Source of the DNA: Pseudomonadota bacterium
GTDB taxonomy: Bacteria > Pseudomonadota > Gammaproteobacteria > Burkholderiales > Burkholderiaceae_F
Assembly (NCBI GenBank): GCA_023443095.1
Contig: JAEZVV010000071.1
Coordinates: 10,525 to 74,524 of the forward strand
Reading direction: 5' to 3'
Length of the DNA stretch: 64,000 bases
The translations under genes were made by a program, and so were the position numbers. Positions 26,205 through 36,742 of the stretch are shown here, in pieces; the first letter of the stretch is position 1, and each line of letters starts with the position of its first letter. Below the pieces are notes generated by a model, which saw only the letters and a program-made list of their open reading frames with translations, did no database searches and had not been told where the DNA came from.

Positions 26205-26987
26205 ATGAGCGAGACCATCCTCAAAGTCAACGGCGTCAACAAACGTTTCGGCGGTCTGCAGGCGCTCTCCGATGTCGGCATCGAAATCGAACGCGGCCAG
26301 ATCTACGGCCTGATCGGGCCCAACGGCGCCGGCAAGACCACGTTTTTCAACGTCATCACCGGGCTCTACACGCCGGACTCGGGCAGCTTTGTGCTCGGGG
26401 GCAAGCCCTACACCCCGAGCGAGGTGCATAAGGTCGCTGCGGCCGGCATCGCGCGCACCTTCCAGAACATCCGCCTGTTCCCGGAGATGACCGCGCTCGA
26501 AAACGTCATGGTCGGTCGCCACGTTCGCACCAAGGCCGGCGCGCTCGGCGCGGTGCTGCGGCTGCCTTCGCAGCGGCGCGAAGAAGCCGAAATCAAGGCG
26601 CGCGCCATCGAACTGCTCGACTATGTCGGCATCCGCAAGTATGCCGACTACCAGGCGCGCACCCTGGCCTACGGTGACCAGCGCCGGCTCGAAATCGCCC
26701 GGGCGCTCGCCACCGACCCCAAGCTGCTCGCGCTCGACGAACCCGCCGCCGGCATGAACGCCACCGAGAAGCTGACCCTGCGCAAGCTGCTCGAACGGAT
26801 CCAGACCGACGGCATCAGCATCCTGCTGATCGAACACGACGTGAAGCTGGTGATGGGCCTGTGCAACCGGGTCACCGTGCTCGACTACGGCAAGATCATC
26901 GCCATGGGGGCACCGGCCGAGGTGCAGCGCCACCCCAAGGTGATCGAGGCCTATCTCGGCGCCGCCCACGCACCGAAGGTGGCGTGA
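26205..26987 (+). CDS. livG: branched-chain amino-acid ABC transporter ATP-binding protein
   Basis: Walker A GPNGAGKTT, LAYGDQRRLEIARAL, Walker B LLALDEPAAG. Confidence 0.9.
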   Translation: MSETILKVNGVNKRFGGLQALSDVGIEIERGQIYGLIGPNGAGKTTFFNVITGLYTPDSGSFVLGGKPYTPSEVHKVAAAGIARTFQNIRLFPEMTALENVMVGRHVRTKAGALGAVLRLPSQRREEAEIKARAIELLDYVGIRKYADYQARTLAYGDQRRLEIARALATDPKLLALDEPAAGMNATEKLTLRKLLERIQTDGISILLIEHDVKLVMGLCNRVTVLDYGKIIAMGAPAEVQRHPKVIEAYLGAAHAPKVA

Positions 26988-27039
26988 TGGAGCGCCTACA
27001 CGCCGTCTTCCGCGGCCCGGGCAACTCCGCCCTCCCCGT

Positions 27040-27061
27040 CCCTCTCCGGCCGGAGAAGGGG
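27040..27061. other. GC-rich hairpin in the 100-nt livG-livF spacer
   Basis: CCCTCTCCGG/CCGGAGAAGGG near-palindrome. The rest of the operon is tightly packed. Confidence 0.3.
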
Positions 27062-27087
27062 ATTCGTGCCATACAAAAGGTTGTTCG

Positions 27088-27807
<720 letters not shown>

Positions 27808-27810
27808 GCC

Positions 27811-28233
27811 TCATAGCCGTTTGCCTAGGCTCACCACTTCGTCCAGCTCGTAGCCCAGGGCGCGCCAGAAAGCGCGCCCGCGGTGGTTGCTCTCCAAGAC
27901 CTGCAGATTGAGCTTGGGGCAGCCGAGCCGCTTCAGCTCCGCTTCGGCATGCTCGACCAGGCGCGCGGCGATTCCCCGCCCGCGCCAGGCCGGATCGACC
28001 CCCACCGAATACAGCCAGCCGCGGTGGCCGTCCCAGCCCGCCATTGCGGTCGCCACCAGGCGGCCCTCGACTTCGCAACCCCAGAACAGACCGTCGGCCA
28101 GAGCGAGTTTGCGCGCGGCGCTGGCACGCGGGTCGCGCTGCGGTCGCGACGGGTCGACGTATTCGGGAAACACGGCGCGCCAGAGCTCGACCACGGCGAC
28201 GACATCGTCGGTTTCAAGCTGCCGGATCTTCAT
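27811..28233 (-). CDS. GNAT family N-acetyltransferase
   Basis: WRGRGIAARLVEHAE acetyl-CoA motif. Start set at ATG 28233; the track uses GTG 28251. Confidence 0.75.
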   Translation of the reverse strand: MKIRQLETDDVVAVVELWRAVFPEYVDPSRPQRDPRASAARKLALADGLFWGCEVEGRLVATAMAGWDGHRGWLYSVGVDPAWRGRGIAARLVEHAEAELKRLGCPKLNLQVLESNHRGRAFWRALGYELDEVVSLGKRL

Positions 28234-28334
28234 AGGCACTCGCTCAGCCACGAGCCGCGGCCCCCGGCAAACACCAGCGGCGGGCGCGCGGCGATATCGA
28301 TCAGCACACCGACTTCGAATCCATCCAGCTTCAT
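28230..28334 (-). CDS. candidate 34-aa small ORF (MKLDGFEVGVLIDIAARPPLVFAGGRGSWLSECL) coupled to the GNAT gene
   Basis: GAGGAG lies 7 nt before ATG 28334. Its TGA overlaps the GNAT ATG as ATGA. Too short for the ORF track. No family recognised. Confidence 0.35.
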   Translation of the reverse strand: MKLDGFEVGVLIDIAARPPLVFAGGRGSWLSECL

Positions 28335-28346
28335 GCCGTTCTCCTC

Positions 28347-28376
28347 AAAAAGAAAAAGGCCGCGTCGTGCGCGGCC
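28347..28376 (-). terminator. rho-independent terminator (minus strand) after the reductase gene
   Basis: On the minus strand: GGCCGCG-CACGA-CGCGGCC then TTTTTCTTTTT. Confidence 0.6.
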
Positions 28377-28498
28377 CCGGTTTCCGGTGTCGTTTCTTCG
28401 CGCGCGATTCAGCCTCCCCCAGCGGGGCGGCGGCGTCGGACGAGGAAGGTCGAGTTCATGGACTGGATTGCAGCACGAAAGTCGGGGTGCGCCAAGGC

Positions 28499-29560
28499 TT
28501 AACTCTCGGCGTTAATCAAGTCTGCCTGCGAGGTGAAGGAATCGGCAAAGAACTGGTCCTCCGGCAGACGGCAGCGGCCGACGAAGTCCTTCTGCGCGTT
28601 CTCGACCATGACCGGCGCACCGCAGGCATAGACCTGGTAGGCCGAGAGATCGGGCAGGTCGGCCATCACCGCCTGGTGGACAAAACCGGTGCGCCCGGTC
28701 CAGCCGTCTTCGGGCAGGGCATTGGAAACCACCGGCACGTAGCGGAAGTTGGGTTCCGTGGCGACCCACTGCTGAACCAGCGCATGCTGGTAGAGGTCGC
28801 GCGGGCGGCGCCCACCCCAGTAAAACAGCACCGGCGTATCGCGGTTGATGCCCTGGTGGAAGAGGTGTTCGGCAATCGCCTTGATCGGCGCAAAACCAGT
28901 ACCGCTGGCGAGCAGGACGATAGGCCGCTGCCTGTCGTCGCGCAGGAAGAATGTGCCGAGCGGCCCTTCGCAGCGAAGGATGTCGCGCTCTTTGAAGACC
29001 GGCTGGCCCTCTTTAGCAAGGCCGAACAAGGCGTCGGTGAAACGCCCGCCCGGCATGTGACGGATGTGGAACTGCAAGGTCCCGTCGGCGTGCGGCGGGG
29101 TGGCGATCGAATAACTGCGGCGGGTGTTGTCGCGCAGGATGAAGTCGAGGTACTGCCCGGCACGGTACTGCAGGCGCTCGGCCGCGGGCAGCTGCACCGA
29201 GACGATCGCCACGTCCTCGCTCAGGCGTTCAATCTTGACGATGCGTGCCGGCATCTTGCGCACCGGGATATCCCCCATCCCACTCAGCTCCCGCGCCTCG
29301 ATCACGAGGTCGGTCCGGGCATGGGCGCAGCAAAAAAGCGCCTTGCCGGCGGCCTTCTCCTCGGCGCTCAAGGCATGCGCCGCGTGCGGTCCCTGCTCGA
29401 TTTCGCCTTCGAGCACCGTGCCCTTGCAGCTGCCGCAGGCGCCGTTCTTGCAGCCATAGGGCAAGCCCACTCCCTGGCGCAGGGCGGCGGTGAGTATCGT
29501 TTCGGTGGGGTCGGCGCTGAACTGATGGCCCGTGGCTCGGACCGTGATCTGGCAGGACAT
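28499..29560 (-). CDS. 2Fe-2S ferredoxin / FAD-NAD(P) oxidoreductase (CDP-6-deoxy-delta-3,4-glucoseen reductase-like)
   Basis: CKNGACGSCK plant-type ferredoxin motif, RSYSIA FAD motif, LLASGTGFAPI NAD motif. Start at the internal ATG 29560. Confidence 0.85.
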   Translation of the reverse strand: MSCQITVRATGHQFSADPTETILTAALRQGVGLPYGCKNGACGSCKGTVLEGEIEQGPHAAHALSAEEKAAGKALFCCAHARTDLVIEARELSGMGDIPVRKMPARIVKIERLSEDVAIVSVQLPAAERLQYRAGQYLDFILRDNTRRSYSIATPPHADGTLQFHIRHMPGGRFTDALFGLAKEGQPVFKERDILRCEGPLGTFFLRDDRQRPIVLLASGTGFAPIKAIAEHLFHQGINRDTPVLFYWGGRRPRDLYQHALVQQWVATEPNFRYVPVVSNALPEDGWTGRTGFVHQAVMADLPDLSAYQVYACGAPVMVENAQKDFVGRCRLPEDQFFADSFTSQADLINAES

Positions 29561-29570
29561 AATCGGCGGA

Positions 29571-30482
29571 ATGCTCAATGACAGCAAAAAATGGCGGCGC
29601 CCCAAGCTTGGCGCTCCGCGCCTGCTGATCGTCGGTTGCGGCGATGTGGGCGGGAGGATTCTCGCACGCGCCAAGGACCGTTTCCGCGTCCTCGCCCTCA
29701 CCTCAACCCCAGCCCGTGTAGGTGAATTGCGCGCCGCCGGCGCGGTGCCGATGGTGGTCGACCTCGATCGGCGCGCTTCGCTCGCCCGGATTTCACCGTT
29801 CGCGACGCGGGTTATCCATCTCGCGCCACCGCCCAACGGCGGCGAAAGCGATCCGCGCACCCGCCATCTGATCGCAGCCCTCGGCGGCCGCGCAGGGAAG
29901 TTGGTCTATGTCAGCACCACCGGCGTCTACGGCGACCGCCAGGGCGCGACCACGGCCGAAACCACGCCGGTGCGCCCGGCCTCGGCACGCGCCCGGCGCC
30001 GAGTCGCAGCCGAACTTGTCCTGCGCCGTGCCGGTCGCCGCGGCCGGCTGATGAGCAGCATCCTGCGCGCGCCTGGCATCTACGCCCACGACCGCCTGCC
30101 ACTCGACCGCCTGCGCGCGGGCACGCCCGCATTGGCCGCTGCCGACGACGTTTTCACCAACCACATCCACGCCGACGACCTCGCCCGCCTGGTCCTGGCT
30201 GCGCTGACCCGCGGCCGGCCCAGCCGCGTCTACAACGCGGTCGACGATTCCGAACTAACCATGGGCGAGTATTTCGACCGCGTCGCCGATGCCTTCGCTC
30301 TGCCACGGCCGCCGCGGCTGGCGCGCGCCGAGCTGGCCCGGGTCGTGAGCCCGGCACTGCTGTCTTTCATGAGCGAATCGCGCCGCGTCGGCAACCAACG
30401 CCTGCGGCGCGAACTGCGGCTGCGCCTGGCCTGGCCCACCGTCGACGCCGCGCTCGCCGCCATCACCAAGGAAGCATCATGA
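29571..30482 (+). CDS. NAD-dependent epimerase/dehydratase (SDR) family protein
   Basis: Rossmann motif LLIVGCGDVGGRI. Start 29571 was chosen to avoid overlap with the divergent gene. Confidence 0.7.
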   Translation: MLNDSKKWRRPKLGAPRLLIVGCGDVGGRILARAKDRFRVLALTSTPARVGELRAAGAVPMVVDLDRRASLARISPFATRVIHLAPPPNGGESDPRTRHLIAALGGRAGKLVYVSTTGVYGDRQGATTAETTPVRPASARARRRVAAELVLRRAGRRGRLMSSILRAPGIYAHDRLPLDRLRAGTPALAAADDVFTNHIHADDLARLVLAALTRGRPSRVYNAVDDSELTMGEYFDRVADAFALPRPPRLARAELARVVSPALLSFMSESRRVGNQRLRRELRLRLAWPTVDAALAAITKEAS

Positions 30483-30835
30483 AAAAGGCTCTGGGAGGCC
30501 TGGTCTATTCCACCGAATTCGGCCGCATGTGCCCGGTCTGCGGCAAGCCGCAATCGAGCTGTGTATGCAAGGCGGCCGCGGCTGCGCCTCAGGGCGACGG
30601 CATCGTCCGCGTGTCCCGGGAAACCAAGGGCCGGGGCGGCAAATGTGTCACCGTGATCAAGGGCATGGATCTGGACCCACTCGCTCTGGCCGACGCGGCC
30701 AAACGCCTGAAAGCAGCCTGCGGATCGGGCGGCACGGCCAAGGACGGGGTGATCGAGATCCAGGGCGACCACGCCGATCAAGTCGTGACCCTTCTCAAGC
30801 AGCAGGGTCGAACCGTCAAACGGGCGGGCGGCTGA
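30479..30835 (+). CDS. yciH: SUI1/YciH translation initiation factor-like protein
   Basis: [12 protein letters not shown]...[23 protein letters not shown] overlap with the upstream gene. Confidence 0.9.
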   Translation: MKKALGGLVYSTEFGRMCPVCGKPQSSCVCKAAAAAPQGDGIVRVSRETKGRGGKCVTVIKGMDLDPLALADAAKRLKAACGSGGTAKDGVIEIQGDHADQVVTLLKQQGRTVKRAGG

Positions 30836-30884
30836 CATAAGGCTTAGCGGCGGCGACGCCGCCCACAGAAACAGGAAGACCAAG

Positions 30885-31700
30885 ATGCAAGACTTGCCCC
30901 CCGCGGTCATCGAACTGCCCGGCCGACGCGTAGCTGCGGAACTGACCCGCCTGCGCACCACCGCACCGCTGGTACATTGTCTGACCAACGAAGTGGTGCA
31001 GTCGATCACGGCCAATGTGTTGCTTGCGCTCGGCGCCTCGCCCGCGATGATCGTGGCCGACGAAGAGGTCTCGGATTTCGCCGCCATCGCTGGCGCGCTC
31101 CTGATCAACGTCGGCACCTTGTATCCGGCCCGCCTGCGCGCGATGCAGCGGGCGGTCGCCGCTGCCAACACCGCCGGCCGCCCGTGGACGCTAGACCCGG
31201 TGGCCGCCGGCGTCCTGGCCTACCGCAGCGACGCCCTGCGCGAGCTGATGACGCAGAAACCGGCGGCGATCCGCGGCAACGCGTCTGAAATCCTGAGCCT
31301 GACGGGCGGTGCGGCCAGCGGCAAGGGCGTCGACAGCACCGCCACCTCGTCGGCCGCCCTGAGCGCCGCGCAGCAGCTCGCGCGCCAGACCGGCGCGGTA
31401 GTCGCCGTGACCGGCGAGATCGACTATGTCACCGATGGCGAGCTCACCTGGAGCGTGAGCGGCGGCCATCCGCTGATGACCCGCGTCGTCGGCACCGGCT
31501 GCGCGCTGTCGGCCGTAGTCGCAGCCTTCACCGCCGGTGCGACCGACCGCCTTGCCGCCACCGCGGCCGCCTGCGCCGTGATGGCGCGCGCCGGTGAAGA
31601 AGCGGCTCGGATCGCCGCAGGCCCGGGCAGCTTCCTGCCGGCTTTCCTCGATGCGATCTACCGAATGAAGCCCGAAGACTGGATGAGCGAAGCGACATGA
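30885..31700 (+). CDS. thiM: hydroxyethylthiazole kinase
   Basis: [28 protein letters not shown] and the ALLINVGTL motif. Confidence 0.9.
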   Translation: MQDLPPAVIELPGRRVAAELTRLRTTAPLVHCLTNEVVQSITANVLLALGASPAMIVADEEVSDFAAIAGALLINVGTLYPARLRAMQRAVAAANTAGRPWTLDPVAAGVLAYRSDALRELMTQKPAAIRGNASEILSLTGGAASGKGVDSTATSSAALSAAQQLARQTGAVVAVTGEIDYVTDGELTWSVSGGHPLMTRVVGTGCALSAVVAAFTAGATDRLAATAAACAVMARAGEEAARIAAGPGSFLPAFLDAIYRMKPEDWMSEAT

Positions 31701-32332
31701 AACCCGCGCTCGATCTTTCCCTCTACCTGGTGCTCGACCCCGAACTCTGCGGCGGGCTCGACGGCATGGTGAACACGGCGCTCGCTGCCGTCGGCGGTGG
31801 CGTCACCGTGGTCCAGCTGCGCGCGCCCCAGTGGAAAAAGCGGCAATGGGTCGAAGCGGCGACCCGCCTCAAGCTCGCCCTCGACCCACACCGAGTGCCG
31901 CTGATCATCAACGACCATATCGACGTCGCCCTGCTGGTCGACGCGGCCGGCGTGCACGTCGGCCAGCAGGACATCCGGCCCGAGCAGGTGCGCCGCCTGA
32001 TCGGGCCGGGCAAGTGGTTGGGCCTGTCGGTCTCGAACGCGGAGCAGATGGCCGCGGTCGAGGCAAACGGCCTCGATTACCTGGGCGTGGGGCCGGTGTT
32101 CGCCACCGGCACCAAAGCCGACGCCGCCCCGGTGATTGGGCTCGAGACCTTTGCCCGCTTGATGCAGGCCAAGCCCTTGCCGGTGGTGGCGATCGGCGGC
32201 ATCGGCGCCGGCCGCATCGCGCCGCTGCTCGCTGCCGGCGCCGACGGCGTGGCCGTAGTGTCGGCAATCTGCGGCCAGCCTGACCCGGCAGTCGCGGCGC
32301 GGGCCTTGCGGACCGAAGGCTGGCCGGGCTGA
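31697..32332 (+). CDS. thiE: thiamine-phosphate synthase
   Basis: [24 protein letters not shown] and [10 protein letters not shown] motifs. ATGA overlap with thiM. Confidence 0.9.
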   Translation: MKPALDLSLYLVLDPELCGGLDGMVNTALAAVGGGVTVVQLRAPQWKKRQWVEAATRLKLALDPHRVPLIINDHIDVALLVDAAGVHVGQQDIRPEQVRRLIGPGKWLGLSVSNAEQMAAVEANGLDYLGVGPVFATGTKADAAPVIGLETFARLMQAKPLPVVAIGGIGAGRIAPLLAAGADGVAVVSAICGQPDPAVAARALRTEGWPG

Positions 32333-32459
32333 ACCCATCCGGGTGCACCAGGCCTGACGCTGGCAGGCGGAGAATCTCCGCCGCCTGCCCGCCCCTCACG
32401 ACAAACGCGTCACGGTCGCGGAGGACACCCTCATGTTGACCGAGCTTCAGATCGCGAGG

Positions 32460-33143
32460 CTAGGCCGGCCGGTCTCCCGCCGGAGCGATCGGGGCCGAGA
32501 AGCTGCGCAACCAGCCGACCAGGCCGTCGAGCATCGGAGATTCGACTTCCGCCGCTGGCGCTCCCTCCGGGCGTGCCAGGCCGACCCGGTTGTGCCAGTA
32601 GGTGCGCAGCCCGACCCGCTGGGTGCCGAACAGGTCGTAACCCGAGCCCGCGACAAAGGCCACCTCGTCCGCCGCCAGGCCTAGGCGATCCAGCACCATC
32701 TGATAAGGCCGGGGGTCGGGTTTGTAGAAGCCCGCCTCTTCGGCGGTGACCACCGCGTCCCAATCGACTCCCAGGCGGCTGGCGGCGACCGCTCCCAGGC
32801 GCTGCGAGCAGTTGGTCGCGACCGCCAGCTTGCACACCGGCCGCAGGGCGAGCAGAGCCTCGCGCGCACCGCTCCAGACCGGCAACTCGTGCCAAAGCGC
32901 TTCGAGTTCGCGAGCGGCTGTGTCGGGCAGCCCCGTGTTGCGGGCCGCCTCTAGCACCAACGCTTCGTAAGGGCGGTAAGCGCCGCAACCGTAGGTGAGC
33001 CTCAGGTACTCGGCGCGCCAGGCGCGGCCGCTCGCCTCGCCGCCGGCGGCGCGGTTCCATACGGTCCAGGAGTCGAGCAAGGCGGTGAGCAGATCGAAAA
33101 TCACCGCCTTGGGCCAGGCGGGAGCGGATGGGGACGGGGTCAT
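32460..33143 (-). CDS. HAD superfamily hydrolase
   Basis: AVIFDLLTALLDS (motif I-like), VATNCS, FYKPDPRPY, VAGSGYD. Start uncertain (33143 or 33188). Confidence 0.7.
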   Translation of the reverse strand: MTPSPSAPAWPKAVIFDLLTALLDSWTVWNRAAGGEASGRAWRAEYLRLTYGCGAYRPYEALVLEAARNTGLPDTAARELEALWHELPVWSGAREALLALRPVCKLAVATNCSQRLGAVAASRLGVDWDAVVTAEEAGFYKPDPRPYQMVLDRLGLAADEVAFVAGSGYDLFGTQRVGLRTYWHNRVGLARPEGAPAAEVESPMLDGLVGWLRSFSAPIAPAGDRPA

Positions 33144-33426
33144 AGCGAGGGGGCCGCCGCGCTCCAACCTCAGAATGATGCCGGGCACGCGCGCCGATCA
33201 GGGGTAACGGCGCGATCATGACTGCGAACCCGCCCGGTGTCCCGTCGTCGGCTTACTCCCGATCAAGTATTCGACATACCCCCGGCGGCAAGCGTCCCCG
33301 CCACGCCGAGCCAGCCTGTCTGTCTGGCACACCTCAGAGAGTTTTTGGACAACTGGAAAACAATGGCGCGGTCAAGGTCTGCGCCAAGCTGCCCGGCTGG
33401 TTCACGGTGCCCCGCGCATGCAGCCT

Positions 33427-34248
33427 TCAGCTCGCGTTCAGCCGTGCGTCGATCCGCGCCAGAGCTTCCGCAGCGCCCATTGCCAAGCCGGTTCCCAGCC
33501 GTCCCCTCACCTGCGGCTCACGCAGGTTGATCCGCAGGTAGGGCATGCCGCTGTGTTCGGTAAATGCGCGCACGGTCGAAATCTCGGTGCCGGCACCGAT
33601 TTCGATCGCCACCAGGTTCATGCCCTGCGCCAACCATTCGCGCAACTCCCAGCGCTGGCCTTCGGTGCGCCGCGCCACCCAAGCCTCGTCACTGAACATC
33701 AGGATGTTCGGGCGTGCGACCTCGCCGCAATGCGGGCAGCGCGGCGGAGCGTTAAGCAGGCGGCAGCTCGTCTCGTCGACCTCGGGCTGGAAACTGTCGG
33801 CCGGCCAGATCGCTTGGCGGCAACCGTCGATGCACTGCAGGCGGTGGATCGAGCCATGCGCCTCGCACACCTCGGTCAAGCCGGCTTTTTGGAACTGGCC
33901 ATCAACGTTGCTGGTGAAAACAAAGGAGCCGAGCGGCTTGGCCTCGGCCCAGCGGCGCAGGGTCGCAAATCCCGGATGCGGCACGGTGTCGCGGTAGAGC
34001 TTGAGCCGGTGGCCATAAAAGCCCCAGGCGAGCGATGCATCAACGCGGAAATGGGCGGGATCGGCGATGTCTTGAAAGCGGATGCCCGCTGCTGCCAGAA
34101 CGGGGTAGGCGCGCCAAAACCCCGCGGCGCCGCGAAAGTCGGGCAACCCGGAGTCAACCCCCATGCCAGCGCCAGCGGTGATGAGCAAACCATCGGCCGC
34201 GCCGATGAGGTCGGCGGCGTGGGCTATCGAGGAGGGGACGAGTTCCAT
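33427..34248 (-). CDS. SIR2 family NAD-dependent protein deacylase
   Basis: GAGMGVDSGLPDFRG, TSNVDGQF, HGS and a zinc site C..C...CPHCG. Confidence 0.85.
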   Translation of the reverse strand: MELVPSSIAHAADLIGAADGLLITAGAGMGVDSGLPDFRGAAGFWRAYPVLAAAGIRFQDIADPAHFRVDASLAWGFYGHRLKLYRDTVPHPGFATLRRWAEAKPLGSFVFTSNVDGQFQKAGLTEVCEAHGSIHRLQCIDGCRQAIWPADSFQPEVDETSCRLLNAPPRCPHCGEVARPNILMFSDEAWVARRTEGQRWELREWLAQGMNLVAIEIGAGTEISTVRAFTEHSGMPYLRINLREPQVRGRLGTGLAMGAAEALARIDARLNAS

Positions 34249-34458
34249 CTCAAGATCGGAAGTAGGACCGACGACAAACTGACTTCCTCACGCGACATCG
34301 ATCGTCAACGGAGTGCACGTCCCTTCAGCCGCGCACCGATGAAAATGACGAAGTTCTGCTAATAGTCGCGGACGTCCAGGGCGGCATCGGCAGCATCCTA
34401 CCGGGCGGCCCGGCTACGCCAGCGCAATCACCACAAAACCCTAACGCGGACCGCTCTG

Positions 34459-34496
34459 AAAAAAAACGGCCCCGCCGAGATGAGCTCGCGGAGCCG
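34459..34496 (-). terminator. rho-independent terminator about 65 nt downstream of tRNA-Thr
   Basis: Minus strand: CGGCTCCGCGAG..CTCGGCGGGGCCG hairpin followed by T8 (plus-strand A8 at 34459-34466). Confidence 0.55.
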
Positions 34497-34559
34497 TTTG
34501 CGGGAAAAGTGTTTCTTGTGGGGAAACTTCCACCACAAAACACTAGTCCTCCGGGTCTT

Positions 34560-34635
<76 letters not shown>

Positions 34636-34729
34636 GAAGAGGGCGAAGTATACGGTAGCTTGGCTTACTCTCGCAATTTGAACTCTGGCGGCGCGCCGAA
34701 CGCGCGGATCCAACACAGAGCAAACCCGC

Positions 34730-35626
34730 ATGAACGGCGTACTCCTCATGCTGCCCGACTTCGCGCTGATCGCCCTCGGCGCCCTGCTCGCGCGGCGGCT
34801 TCGCTTTCCCGACGGCTTCTGGAGCGGGGTCGAGAAGCTGGTTTATTTCGTCCTGTTTCCGCCGCTGCTTTTCCATGCGATCGGGACGGCGAAATTTTCG
34901 CTGATCTCAACCCAGTGGTTCCTGATCACCGGCCTGGCCGCCATGGGCGGGGCCGTTGCACTCGGGTTTCTCGGCCACCCGCTGCTGCGGGTGCCGGGAA
35001 ACATCTTCGCCTCGAGCGTACAGACCGCGTTCCGCTTCAACTCTTTCGTCGGCTTCGCCCTGGCATCGAGCCTTTACGGCACCGAAGGCCTGGCGCTGAT
35101 GGCCTTGCTCACCGCTCTGTGGGTGCCGATCGCCAACCTGGTGGCTGTGAGCAGCCTGGCGGGGCAAGGCGGGCAGAACGTCTGGCGCGAACTGGCGCGC
35201 AATCCGCTGATCCTTTCCACGGCGGCGGGGCTTGCGTTCAACCTGAGCGGTCTGACCCTGCCCGAACCAGCGACGGTGCTGCTGCAGCGGTTGGGCAGCG
35301 CCAGTCTTGCGCTCGGCCTGCTGGCCATCGGTGCCGGCCTGCGTTTTGCCGACGCCAACAGCTTCCGCCCGGTGATTGCATGGTTTGCCACGGTGCGGCT
35401 GGCACTGGTGCCGGCTCTGGCGTTCGGGCTCGCACTGCTGGCTCATCTCTCGACGCTGGAACTGCAGGTGCTGGTGCTCTTTGCCGCGCTGCCCACGGCG
35501 TCGACCTGCTACATCCTCGCCGTTCGCATGGGCGGGCACGGGCCGGTGGTGGCGGCGATCATCACGGTGCAGACTCTACTCGCGATGTTCACCCTGCCCG
35601 CGTGGGTGGCGGCCAGCAGCGCTTAA
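34730..35626 (+). CDS. AEC (auxin efflux carrier) family transporter
   Basis: Ten-TM-like profile. N-terminus LPDFALIALGALLAR...VEKLVYFVLFPPLLF. Confidence 0.8.
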   Translation: MNGVLLMLPDFALIALGALLARRLRFPDGFWSGVEKLVYFVLFPPLLFHAIGTAKFSLISTQWFLITGLAAMGGAVALGFLGHPLLRVPGNIFASSVQTAFRFNSFVGFALASSLYGTEGLALMALLTALWVPIANLVAVSSLAGQGGQNVWRELARNPLILSTAAGLAFNLSGLTLPEPATVLLQRLGSASLALGLLAIGAGLRFADANSFRPVIAWFATVRLALVPALAFGLALLAHLSTLELQVLVLFAALPTASTCYILAVRMGGHGPVVAAIITVQTLLAMFTLPAWVAASSA

Positions 35627-36729
35627 GTCGACTCGCCGTGGCGCGCCAGTGCCCAGGCCACGTGGCTGCGCACCAGGTCTGAAACGTCGTCGGCTCGTGC
35701 ACGCAAGGCTGCGAGCACGGCCTCGCTGCGCGGCGCATTGCCCAGTCCGATTGCGATATTGCGCAACCAGGCCTCGTGGCCGATGCGGCGGATCGCGCTG
35801 CCGGCGTGGCGCTGCTCGAACTCGGATTCGGTCCAGGCAAACAGCTCGACCAGGGTCGCGGCATCGAGCCCGTGGCGCACGTCGAAGTCGGGGGTGCTGG
35901 CGCGGCGCGCATATTTGTTCCATGGGCAGGCGAGCTGGCAGTCGTCGCAGCCGTAGACGCGGTTGCCGATCGCGGCCCGGAACTCTTCCGGAATCGCGCC
36001 GCGGTGTTCGATCGTTAGGTAGGAGATGCAGCGCCGCGCGTCGACCTGATAGGGCGCGGTGATCGCCTGCGTCGGACAGCTCTCGAGGCAGCGCGAACAC
36101 GAACCGCAGTGCGCATCGCCCGGGGCGTCGGCGGGCAGCGGCAGGTCGGTCAGGATCTCGCCCAGGAAGAACATCGAACCGGCCTCGCGCGACAGCAGCA
36201 GCGTGTGTTTGCCGCGCCAGCCTAGCCCCGAGGCCTGAGCCAGTTCCACCTCCATCACCGGCGCCGAGTCGGTGGCCACGCGGTAGCCGTAGGGGCCGGC
36301 AACTTGTTCGATGCGGGTGGCGAGCTGCTGCAGGCGGGCACGCAAGACCTTGTGGTAGTCGCGGCCACGGGCGTAGATCGAGACCGCCGCCGCTTCGCCG
36401 TCAGCCAAGCGTTGCGCTTCGTGCTCGATCCAGTCCGGCCCTGCCGAGCGCGGCAGATAGTCCATGCGTGCGGTGATCACCCGTAGCGCGCCTGGCAGTA
36501 TCAGGCCCGGATCGGCGCGTAGTTCGGCGTGGCGGGCCATGTAGTCCATCTCGCCGTGGCGGCCGGCGGCGAGCCAGGTGCGCAGCCGCGCCGAGGCCTG
36601 GTCGAGCTCGATGCCCGCGATCGCCACCGCGCCGAAACCGAGTTCACGCCCCCAATGCTTGAGCGATGTCGCGAGCGAAGCGAGGTCGATCGACCGACTG
36701 CCGGTATCCTGAGGGGCCTTGACGTTCAT
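35623..36729 (-). CDS. queG: tRNA epoxyqueuosine(34) reductase
   Basis: 4Fe-4S motifs CGSCSRCLESCPTQAI and CDDCQLACPWN, plus C-terminal HEAT-like repeats. Confidence 0.9.
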   Translation of the reverse strand: MNVKAPQDTGSRSIDLASLATSLKHWGRELGFGAVAIAGIELDQASARLRTWLAAGRHGEMDYMARHAELRADPGLILPGALRVITARMDYLPRSAGPDWIEHEAQRLADGEAAAVSIYARGRDYHKVLRARLQQLATRIEQVAGPYGYRVATDSAPVMEVELAQASGLGWRGKHTLLLSREAGSMFFLGEILTDLPLPADAPGDAHCGSCSRCLESCPTQAITAPYQVDARRCISYLTIEHRGAIPEEFRAAIGNRVYGCDDCQLACPWNKYARRASTPDFDVRHGLDAATLVELFAWTESEFEQRHAGSAIRRIGHEAWLRNIAIGLGNAPRSEAVLAALRARADDVSDLVRSHVAWALARHGEST

Positions 36730-36742
36730 GAGCCGATTCTAG

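Noticed and set aside
30836-30884. TPP riboswitch upstream of thiM-thiE
   Set aside because: Only 49 nt are available, and there is no CUGAGA/ACCUGA-type THI-box core.
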